From an uncultured delta proteobacterium (GTDB taxonomy: Bacteria; Myxococcota; Kuafuiibacteriia; Kuafuiibacteriales; Kuafuiibacteriaceae), in contig CAWDML010000006.1 in the NCBI GenBank assembly GCA_963803435.1, forward strand, positions 64,001-128,000: a stretch of 64,000 nucleotides of DNA, given 5' to 3'. Of this stretch, positions 1 through 8,126 are shown one piece after another; the stretch's first letter is position 1, and every line of letters starts with the position of its first letter. Under the pieces are notes generated by a model. That model was given only the letters and a program-made list of their open reading frames with translations. It ran no database searches and was not told where the DNA came from. Position numbers and translations under genes: made by a program.

Positions 1-699
1 CAGCGTCGCCTGATAGTTGTCGTCCAGGACGGCGGTCAGGTCCGCCTCGGTCGCGTAGCAGGCGCTCTGCGCGATGCTGGCGATCCTGTTCGCATCAACA
101 GCGACCTGATTGCTCCCGTTGATCGTGATGCCGTCGCCCGCGGTGTAGGTCGTGTTCGCGTCGTTACCATCCGCGATCCCCGCAGGGACGCCCTTCAGCT
201 CGGTCCAGTCGACCGGGTTGCCCGCTGCGTTGATCGTGCCGGAGCCGGCGAGCTGCGCGCTGGAGGCATACTCCGCGTGCGTGTGGTTCGCTGGCGCGTA
301 ATCGCTCGGAGCCACTCCGCCCAGCGTGACCGCGTCGCCACAGGTGGCGGCGAACGCGGCGTAGGGCGCGGTGCCGAGCCGGAAACGCGGCATCTCAGCG
401 TCGGTCTCCACGGTCACGCCGAGCCATCGGTCGCCCGCGAACAGCCCGAGGTCGAGCGAGTTGTCGCTGCCGAGGTAGGTGGTGAACAGCCCGTTGGCGA
501 GATCGATCGAGGCGCTCTGTGAGTACAGCGCCGTGCCGCCGGTCTCCACGTCGTACAGCGAGAAGGTGACGTCGCGGGTGCCGTCGATCGGGACGCCGTC
601 GGCGTCGGTCAGCAACCCCTGAACGGGCAGGATCGCGGGCGCCTGGGCGAGCGCGGGCAGCGGGGTAAGGACGAGGGCGAGGGTCAACAGGTGGCGCAT
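1..699 (-). CDS. Secreted protein with the N-terminal domain typical of tail-fibre-like/collagen-like surface proteins (runs off the window)
   Basis: ATG at 699 with AGGAG RBS; translates MRHLLTLALVLTPLPALAQAPAILPVQGLLTDADGVPIDGTRDVTFSLYDVETGGTALY...LFTTYLG...WLGVTVETDAEMPRFRLGTAPYA; open to position 1; absent from the ORF track. Confidence 0.75.
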   Translation of the reverse strand, partial: MRHLLTLALVLTPLPALAQAPAILPVQGLLTDADGVPIDGTRDVTFSLYDVETGGTALYSQSASIDLANGLFTTYLGSDNSLDLGLFAGDRWLGVTVETDAEMPRFRLGTAPYAAFAATCGDAVTLGGVAPSDYAPANHTHAEYASSAQLAGSGTINAAGNPVDWTELKGVPAGIADGNDANTTYTAGDGITINGSNQVAVDANRIASIAQSACYATEADLTAVLDDNYQATL

Positions 700-709
700 G
701 GTGGGCTCC

Positions 710-1090
710 TTACTGGGGTGCTTGAACCGGGACGGGACCGAGGAAGAGCTTGAAGGAGGCGCTCTGCCTGGTGCCGACCGGGGTCGGGGGGCTGATCGAC
801 AGGCGCAGTCGGTACGAGCTCGAGGCCCGCGTACCGCCGCCGGACGAGGTGGTGAACGCGTTGGAGGCCGGGGGCGTGGCATCGGTGGGCATCGCGTCGG
901 GGGTGGTGGCGTCGAGCTCCATGCCGGCGTCCTCGAGCGCTCCGGTGTCGGAGGGCTCAAGGCCCGTATCGCGATCGATCGTGCCGGTGTCTGCGATCGA
1001 CCCCGAGTCGTTGGGGCGGAGATCCGTCCCAGGCTTGAGCTGCGGGCACCCGGCGAGCGCGAGCACCAGCGCGACAGACGCGATACGCAT
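710..1090 (-). CDS. Small lipoprotein with Asp/Thr-rich linker and short beta-rich C-terminus
   Basis: MRIASVALVLALAGC lipobox; start overlaps upstream stop (TGATG); C-terminus TSSGGGTRASSSYRLRLSISPPTPVGTRQSASFKLFLG. Confidence 0.7.
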   Translation of the reverse strand: MRIASVALVLALAGCPQLKPGTDLRPNDSGSIADTGTIDRDTGLEPSDTGALEDAGMELDATTPDAMPTDATPPASNAFTTSSGGGTRASSSYRLRLSISPPTPVGTRQSASFKLFLGPVPVQAPQ

Positions 1091-2064
1091 CAGAACCTCC
1101 CAGCGACGCCGATGCCGGCGCCCTCTTCCATCCAGAACGCGACCGGCGCGGGCTCGGGGTCGCCGTCGAAGACGAACAGCACCACCGAGGCGACCGCGAA
1201 CGCTCCCGCCGCTGCGTATCCCGCGATCGCGATCGCCGCGCCGGTCTTGGCGGCGGAGCGCTCGCCCGCGCAGTTCTCCTCGCGGGTCACTCCACCGACC
1301 AGACAGAGGTCGTCGTCGTTGTAGCGGCTCACGTGCTTCGCGCGCACCGCGGTCCCCGCGATCCCGGTCGCCAGGCCCGCCACCGCGACGCCGCCGGCGG
1401 CGATCGCCCAAACGGTGAGCTCGGGGCCCGCTCTCGGCAGCGAGGTCGCCGCCAAGACCGACGGCGGCGGGGCGGCCGGCGGACCCGAGTGGACCCTCGG
1501 CGGAGCCGGCTCGGCGGGCTCGGGGGGCGCGGCGAGCTCGGCGACCAGGTCGAACGACTCGCGCGCCAGCCCGCGCGGCTCGACCTCGACCGTGCGAGAC
1601 AGCCGGCGAAATCCGTCCATCAGGACGTCGATCACGATCGATCCCGCCACGACGCGCACCGGCTCGGAGAGCGGCAATGTCCCGACCTGGGCCCCGTTCA
1701 CCACCACCTTCGCGCCCTCCGGCGTCCCGAGCACCTGGAGCTTCGCGAGGTGATCGCGGATGAACTCGAGCGCCTCCTCGAGGGGCTTGTGTCGCTGCAG
1801 GACCCAGAGATCGTTCGTCGCCAGCGCCGCCTCCACGTGCGTCTCGGCGTCGAGCCAGCGACCGATCGCTTGCTCGGCCAAACCGACCTGCGCGAGCGCC
1901 TGCGCCGACTTCGAGGCGGAGTAAGCCTTCTCGAAGAGCGCCAGCGCCTCGAGATCCTTTCCTTGCTCGCGGAGCGCAAGGCCCTGCTCGAGCAACCGTT
2001 CCGGCGACTCGTCGCGAGCCTCTCCGACCAGACCGAGCGCGATAAGAAAGACTAGGATAGACAT
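1090..2064 (-). CDS. TPR + PEGA domain membrane protein
   Basis: Signal peptide, TPR-like helices (ALALFEKAY...LAQVGLAEQAIGRW), PEGA-like GTPEGAKVVVNG...GTLPL, two C-terminal hydrophobic segments. Confidence 0.85.
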   Translation of the reverse strand: MSILVFLIALGLVGEARDESPERLLEQGLALREQGKDLEALALFEKAYSASKSAQALAQVGLAEQAIGRWLDAETHVEAALATNDLWVLQRHKPLEEALEFIRDHLAKLQVLGTPEGAKVVVNGAQVGTLPLSEPVRVVAGSIVIDVLMDGFRRLSRTVEVEPRGLARESFDLVAELAAPPEPAEPAPPRVHSGPPAAPPPSVLAATSLPRAGPELTVWAIAAGGVAVAGLATGIAGTAVRAKHVSRYNDDDLCLVGGVTREENCAGERSAAKTGAAIAIAGYAAAGAFAVASVVLFVFDGDPEPAPVAFWMEEGAGIGVAGRF

Positions 2065-2065
2065 C

Positions 2066-3637
2066 TCACTTCAGGATCGGCGCCCTGTTCGCGCCGTTGA
2101 CGGGGGTTGGGTGGGGCGGCTTCATCACGTGTCCCATCGAACGGGTCGGCTTCACCTTCCGGTTTGGCCTCTTCTCGAGCACGACGGTCCGCTCGCTCGG
2201 CGCCGCGTCGGAGAACTCGAGCACCCGCATCTGGTAGCCGCTGTGAGAGATCTCGATTCGATGGGGCGTGCCGTCCGCGACGAAGCTTCCCTCGAAGTGA
2301 CCGAGAGCGGAGGTCTGGCCGTCCACCAGGAGGCGGGCGTCGGCCGGCTCCGCGGAGATGGAGACGGTGAACTCGGCCGGCGCGGGAGGCTCGACCACGG
2401 CCGTTGGTGGTGGTGGCGGCGGCGGTGGCGGCGGGGACTCTGCGATCGGGGCCGCCTGCTCGCCGCGGCTGAGCAGGACGATGGACGCCGCGAGCGCGAT
2501 GAGCAGCGCTCCAGCGATCAGCAGCCAACGTCCACGGCCGGTGCGCGCGGGCTCCACCGTTCCACTGCCGAACGTCGAGGGCGGCTCGTTCCGGGTGATC
2601 GGTTCGGCCAGCGGAGCGGGCCGGGGCGCCTGTGGCGGCACGTGGTAGGTCGAGGGGAGATCGTTCGACGTGAGCTGCTCGCTGAAGATCGCCTCCCATC
2701 GCGCGCGCAGGCTGCTCCCCGCGAACGGGAGCAGCGCACGTCCCAGCTCCTTCACCGTCGGGTAGCGCGCGTCCGGCTTCGTCGCCATCGCGGTGAGAAC
2801 GACGCGCTCGAAGTCTCCGGGGATGCTCGGGTTCACGCTGCTCGGCGGCACGAACTCGCCCTGCACGATCCGATGGAGGAGCCGGTACATCGAGTCGGAC
2901 TTGAAGGGACGTACGCCCGTGACGCATTGATAGAGGATCACGCCGAGCGAGTACTGATCGCTGCGGGCGTCGAGCACCTTCGATCCTGCCGCCTGCTCGG
3001 GCGACATGTAGAACGGCGTGCCGATGAGGGCGCCGGTCGTGGTCAGCGCGTCGGTCGGCGCGCCGGTCATGAGCTTCGAGATCCCGAAGTCGAGGACCTT
3101 CGGCATCGACAAGCCGTGGTGTCCCTCGGCGAGGAAGATGTTGGCCGGCTTGAGGTCCCGATGGAGCACGCCCTCGTGGTGTGCCGCCATCACTGCTGCG
3201 GCGACCGGCAGCACGATGTCGACCGCCTCCGAGATTGGGAGCATGCCGCGCTCGCGTAGGAGGTCGGCCAGATCCCGCCCCTCCAGATACTCCATCACCA
3301 GGAAGGTGACCTCGTCCTCGGTGCCGACGTCGTAGATGTCGACGACGTGCGGGTGCTGGATCCGGGCTGCAGACTCTCCCTCGCGGAGGAAGCGCACCTG
3401 GACCTCCGGCTCGCGCGCCAGCTCCGGCAGCAGGGCCTTGATCGCGACGCGCTTGCCCAGGCCGGTATGGGTGGCCTCGTAGACCTCACCCATACCACCG
3501 GCGCCGAGCCGTCGCTTGATCTTGTAGCGGCCGAACGTCGCGCCGTCCTCGAGGATGTGACGCGCCGCCACCGCGGCGGAGTCTACAGGCGCGGTCCCAC
3601 GAGCCGCAATCGGTTCCTCCGCCGCGCGCGTCGGCAT
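2066..3637 (-). CDS. Membrane Ser/Thr protein kinase with C-terminal PEGA-like domain
   Basis: LGAGGMGEVY, VAIK, HRDLKPAN, DFG, GTPFYMSPEQ; TM segment and Pro-rich linker; start placed at MPTRAAEEP. Confidence 0.92.
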   Translation of the reverse strand: MPTRAAEEPIAARGTAPVDSAAVAARHILEDGATFGRYKIKRRLGAGGMGEVYEATHTGLGKRVAIKALLPELAREPEVQVRFLREGESAARIQHPHVVDIYDVGTEDEVTFLVMEYLEGRDLADLLRERGMLPISEAVDIVLPVAAAVMAAHHEGVLHRDLKPANIFLAEGHHGLSMPKVLDFGISKLMTGAPTDALTTTGALIGTPFYMSPEQAAGSKVLDARSDQYSLGVILYQCVTGVRPFKSDSMYRLLHRIVQGEFVPPSSVNPSIPGDFERVVLTAMATKPDARYPTVKELGRALLPFAGSSLRARWEAIFSEQLTSNDLPSTYHVPPQAPRPAPLAEPITRNEPPSTFGSGTVEPARTGRGRWLLIAGALLIALAASIVLLSRGEQAAPIAESPPPPPPPPPPTAVVEPPAPAEFTVSISAEPADARLLVDGQTSALGHFEGSFVADGTPHRIEISHSGYQMRVLEFSDAAPSERTVVLEKRPNRKVKPTRSMGHVMKPPHPTPVNGANRAPILK

Positions 3638-3786
3638 CCCGTCGAGCTTCCCTCTCAACTCATGTGCCAAGGGACAGCTCTCGCGGATGAAGTGACCTGC
3701 CCCGGAGGTCTGCCAATGATTGCCAGCGTTCCGCAACCCATGGCAGAGCGAGCGCCGCCCAAGCATGCGATACTTCCTCCCGTCGC

Positions 3787-4757
3787 ATGAAGGCCGGGGA
3801 CCAGATTCGGACGCTACCGGCTCGTGCGGCACCGCAAGAGCGGAGGGTTCGCGGAGGTCTGGTACGCTGAGCGCGACGACGGGCTCGGCGTCGCCGCCAA
3901 GGTGCTCCACCCCCGGCACGTCTCCAGCCGGCCGGTGAGGGGCCCGTCCCCGATCCAGCGCTTCATCGAGGAGGCCCACTTCCACGCACGGCTCAGGGTG
4001 GAAGGGCTGGTGGCCATGCTCGACGTGGTCGATCAGCGGGACGACGGGATCATCGCGCTCATCATGGAGTACCTGTGCGGCCGCGATTCTCTCGGAGGCA
4101 AACGACGTCGGGCTCGATGAGCTCCTCGAGATCGCGGCCAAGACCGCCGACATCCTCCACGCCCTCCACCAGGAAGGGATCGTTCACCGGGACGTCAAGC
4201 CGACCAACATCTTCGTGACCGAGCCGTTCGGGGTGAAGCTTCTCGATCTCGGGGTCGCGAAGGATCTCCTGTTGCCCTCGCTCCGGGATCGCACAGCCAC
4301 GGACGTCGTGGTTGGAACGCTGCAGGTCCTCGCGCCGGAGAGCCTCAAGAAGGGGGCGCGATCCGGAGCGCCGCCCGCGCCCTCGTTCGATCAATGGGGG
4401 CTCGGCGTCACGCTCTACTCCGTGCTCTCGGGACGCCTTCCCTTCCCGAATACGAAGCCGCACGAGATTGTCGAGTCGATCATGAACTCGCCGATCGAGC
4501 CGCTCGAGCTCCTTCCTAGGTTCGAGCTGTCTCCGACCCCCTTCTTCGTGGACATGGTGATCCGCCGCTGCCTCGAGAAGGATCCGGCGGCCCGCTACCC
4601 CTCGATGGCGCACCTCGCCGCGGCGCTGCGAAACGCTCAGCGCGGCCTGGCGCGCGTACGGGCGCTCGCCATGATGGAGGCGCCGACCGACGTCACCGGC
4701 GGTCCCGAGCCGAGCCCCGCCTTCGAGAACGACCCGACGATCAAGCTCGACGACTGA
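3787..4757 (+). CDS. Ser/Thr protein kinase (two apparent +1 frameshifts, probably sequence errors)
   Basis: MKAGDQI/GRYRLVRHRKSGGFAEVW, VAAK, IMEYL, HRDVKPTN, DLG, GTLQVLAPE; one continuous frame if GATTC at 3804 and 4085 is read as GATC. Confidence 0.8.
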
Positions 4758-4825
4758 GCCCCAGAACTGTCGTACCAACGATTCGACCGGCCGCTCCCGA
4801 TCCGAGGTCGGGGCGGCGTGAGCGC

Positions 4826-5485
4826 TCACCCGCCGAGGGCCCGCTGTGCCTTGGCTTCGGAGCAGTCGTACAGGATCGTGGCGCGATACGGCTCGGCCGG
4901 GTCGAGCGGGTCGTCGAGGACGGTCTTCGTCCCACAGTTCTCTGAATATTCCGCCGTGAGGAGCCCGACGAAGCCGCGGGTGGCAGCCCCGAAGGTCTCG
5001 AACTCGACCTCGGCGGTGCAGGACTCCGACCTGCAGTCGACCACCACGGTGCGGAACGCGCCGTCGCCGGCCATCGCGTCCAGATCCTCGTAGAAGCGGG
5101 CCTCTGCGTGGTCGGACCAGCTCGGGTCGACCGCCTCGCGGGCGTGCTGCTCGAGCTCGTCTCTCCAGCTCGCGTTCGCCTGCTCCCGCAGCGACTGCCG
5201 ATCCGCCTCGACCTCGGGCGGCAAGTCTCCACTCACCGGCTCCGGGATCGCGTCGAGCCGACGGACGACGCGGGCGAGCCCGCGCTCGAGCAAGCCGACG
5301 CGCGCCGACTGGTCGCTCCCCGGCGCGGGGTCGGGCGCGCGCGTCGGCTCGAGCACGGGACGCAGCTCGACGTCCGGCCTAGGCGGCTCCGCAGAGCCCG
5401 ACAGCGAGAGCACGACCACAAGCCCGCTCACGGCACCGGTGGCGCAAGGGAGGAGATGACTAGCGATCTTCTTCAGCGCTGACAT
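4826..5485 (-). CDS. Hypothetical protein with N-terminal membrane anchor and Cys-containing C-terminal domain
   Basis: ATG 5485 preceded by GGAGGA; hydrophobic N-terminus; EAVDPSWS...VDCRSESC motif. Confidence 0.7.
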   Translation of the reverse strand: MSALKKIASHLLPCATGAVSGLVVVLSLSGSAEPPRPDVELRPVLEPTRAPDPAPGSDQSARVGLLERGLARVVRRLDAIPEPVSGDLPPEVEADRQSLREQANASWRDELEQHAREAVDPSWSDHAEARFYEDLDAMAGDGAFRTVVVDCRSESCTAEVEFETFGAATRGFVGLLTAEYSENCGTKTVLDDPLDPAEPYRATILYDCSEAKAQRALGG

Positions 5486-5495
5486 TCCATCCTCC

Positions 5496-5982
5496 TCAAT
5501 CGGCCAAGAAGATGCCGCTGATTCTCGCTGCCCCCGTTCGGGAGGTGCATCTCGAGGAAGCCGAAGTCGTAGGTGTGGCTGCTGCTGAGCACCGACCGCG
5601 AGGGTCTCAACGTGACGTGACCGGTGTACGAGAGGCCCGAGGTCGTGGTCGGGCCGCAGGCGCCCGACCACTGGTACCAGGAGGTGACGCAGACGTGAGC
5701 GACGAAGTATCCGTTCGAGGTCCCGTCGTAGCCCTCGACGTTCAGCTCGGCGATCTCCTGCTTCGGAAACGTCGAGTCGTCGGGGAGCGTGCAGTACACG
5801 TCCACGCCGCCAAATCCGTAGTTGCTGAGACCGACGGGGGACGGTGTGACGCCGCCCGCAGGCAGGCAGCTCATCGCGCTGATCCGCGTCCACTTCGCGT
5901 CAGCGTCGCCCGACATCGAGAGCGTGGCTGTGGTACACGCCGCTACGAGAAACGTTGCCATCTTCTGTCCGAGTGCGTTCAT
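5496..5982 (-). CDS. Small secreted Cys-containing beta-rich protein
   Basis: MNALGQKMATFLVAACTTATLSMSGDADA signal; ends SEISGIFLAD* if GATTC at 5520 is GATC, which puts the stop directly on the next gene's RBS. Confidence 0.7.
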
Positions 5983-6192
5983 CGTGTTTCCTCCCGCGCG
6001 TCCAGTCGCGCTGGGAGGAGCGCTCTGCAGCCGCCGTGCCGGGCCGCTGCACGCGCGACCCCCGCCCGACGCCAGCCTCCGCTGCAATGGGCTGCAGATC
6101 GGGTGCAATCGACGGCAGCTCCCCGACAGTCGAAGAAGTCTCCATTCGTCCGCTCCCGAGCAGCTGTACGAGGGGCTGTCTTCAATCAAAAC

Positions 6193-6238
6193 CCGGTCCC
6201 GGTCGCGGCCGGTCGCGGTCCCGGTCCGGTCCCGATCC
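6193..6238. repeat. Short imperfect tandem repeat of CGGTC(C/G) units
   Basis: ccggtcccggtcgcggccggtcgcggtcccggtccggtcccgatcc. Confidence 0.45.
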
Positions 6239-6660
6239 TGTGTACCAGCCCGGTTTGATCTGAAGGTTTTGTCCCGGAGTTTCGTCGGGATGCTGTGGCT
6301 GCTGGCGCGCGCAGACGTCATGAGGATCAGCGAGCTCGACTGCGCGCGCGCCGGCTCGGCGTTCCGCCGGCCACCTCTCGCCTCAACCGAGACGCAGGTC
6401 TCCTACAGCCTTTCCTCTCGCTCGACGGTCCGATCGACGTCGAGGTCGTCTCGTACGGCGAGTCCACCTCGCGTACGCTCGCCTCCAGCCGATGCCGCCG
6501 AGCTACCTCAGCGGCCGGCTCACCGGATCGACGCGATCGAGCTCGTCGATCAGATCGAGGACCTGCGCCTCCTGCTGGAGACGAGCGCGAGGAGGAGCGG
6601 GAGCACGGCGCCCGAATCAGCAATCGGCGGACCAGACCGGCGCGCTCCCCAGCCCCGCGT

Positions 6661-6720
6661 TCGTCCGGTTCCGTCCGGAATCCGAACGCCGCGTCCGAGA
6701 TCCGGACGCAATCCGGACGA
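6661..6720. repeat. Imperfect inverted repeat upstream of the transposase (candidate IS91-type end)
   Basis: tcgtccggttccgtccggaatc ... gatccggacgcaatccggacga. Confidence 0.55.
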
Positions 6721-7594
6721 TGCACCCCGGAAGTCTGGCGTGTGGCGGTGGCACGAAGCCCGCGCTGGACCCGCGTTGTGGAGCCGGCGCCAGCCTATGT
6801 CCCGCGGGATCCGCGGGACGGAGTGCTCGCGCCGCTGGTGCGTCAGTGGTGGCCTCGCCACGTCGAGTCGGTGGAGGCAGAAGGCGCAACGGTGCCAGAG
6901 TTCGTGCATCGAGCGGTGGAGCGCTTCCTCGCCTGCGGCGACGCGAACGAAGGCTTCATCACGCTGAAGTGTTCGAGTGCGGTGCCGAGCGAGCACTTGC
7001 GTTTTCATGCGAGGTCCGAGGCCTGTGCCCGAGGTGCGCACGCGTCGAATGCACGACGTCGCCCACCACCTGGTCGAACGGGTGCTGCCGGCCGTGGCGG
7101 TCCGGCAGTACGTGTTGTCTCCCCCCTCGGAGCTGGTCGCGCTGCTCGCGGCGCGGCGCGAGACGTTGTCGTCGCTGTCTCGCATCTTTGTGAAGGCGAT
7201 CTTCGCCGGCATCAGAGAACGCTCCGGCCTGAAGCTCGGGTGCGGAGCCGTGGTGGTCTTTCAGCGGTTCAACAAGGCGCTCACCGTCTATCCACACCTT
7301 CACGTTCTCGTTCTGGACGGCGGCTACCGTGCGCGCGATGACGGAACGCTCCAGTTCCGGGAGGACGCAACGCCCGGACCGAGCGCTCTTCGTGAGATCG
7401 AGGCCCGTGTCGAAGAGCGCTTCACGCGGTGGTTGAAGCGCCACGGGTTCGTCGAAGAGGAACCATCCGAGCCCAAGCCCGACGACGGCTGGTGGACGGC
7501 AGCAGCGCACGCGCCCTCTGGTTTGCTCGCCCCCGTCGAGCCCAGGCGAAGGCGCGGCTTCGAGGTGCACGCCGCGGTGCGTGTTGCGAGAGAG

Positions 7595-7644
7595 GAAGCC
7601 CACAGGACGTGGGTCATCCCGCGGAGGGCGGAGCCCGAGAGCGG
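7595..7644 (+). repeat. 50-bp structured insertion 1 in the transposase
   Basis: Removal gives in-frame VRVAREDKAGRERLCRY; folds CCCAC-AGGAC-GTGGG plus CCCGC-GGA-GGGC-GGA-GCCC-GAGA-GCGGG. Confidence 0.75.
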
Positions 7645-7824
7645 GACAAGGCCGGGCGCGAGCGGCTGTGCCGCTACGTCATGAGACCTCCTCTGGCCGA
7701 GGCGCAGCTCGAGCTCATCGGCGAGGACCGCGTCCGTCTCACCTTCCGTAACCCCACGCGGTCCGGTCAGCGGTCTATCGACCTTCACCCGCTGGCGCTG
7801 ATGCGCCGTCTCGCCTGGCTGGTT

Positions 7825-7874
7825 CGATCCCCAGGATGGGGTGAATGCCGCGAGAGGCCAGGAGGCCGAAGCGG
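7825..7874 (+). repeat. 50-bp structured insertion 2 in the transposase
   Basis: Removal gives LAWLVPPRQHQI(RYTGVLAP); folds CCCC-AGGAT-GGGG plus GCCGC-GAGA-GGCC-AGGA-GGCC-GAA-GCGGC. Confidence 0.7.
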
Positions 7875-8126
7875 CCACCCCGGCAGCACCAAATTTCGAT
7901 ATACAGGCGTCTTGGCACCCGCGGCCCTTCGTCCTGACGTTGCAGCGCGGACACGGAACCCAGGTCCCCTTCGTCCATCCCGCTACGTTCTGCGACCCAT
8001 TGCCCATTCCAGAGAACCGATATTGGTCCTCTGACCGATAAAGGCCGGTGTAGGTCCCGGACGGGCCTCCAATCCACAGTTTGACATGAGCCCCATTGGC
8101 GGGTTTGGAACGGCGAAGGAGAAGAG

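Larger units (their letters stand above)
6778..7950 (+). mobile_element. IS91-family rolling-circle transposase pseudogene
   Basis: Zn-binding part FLACG..EGFITLKC..C....LAFSC.VRGLCPRC; VRQYVLS; HUH motif PHLHVLVLDG; GFEVHAAV, ERLCRYVMRPP, RYTGVLAP; frameshifts near 6972 and 7037, two 50-bp insertions, C-terminus missing. Confidence 0.85.
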
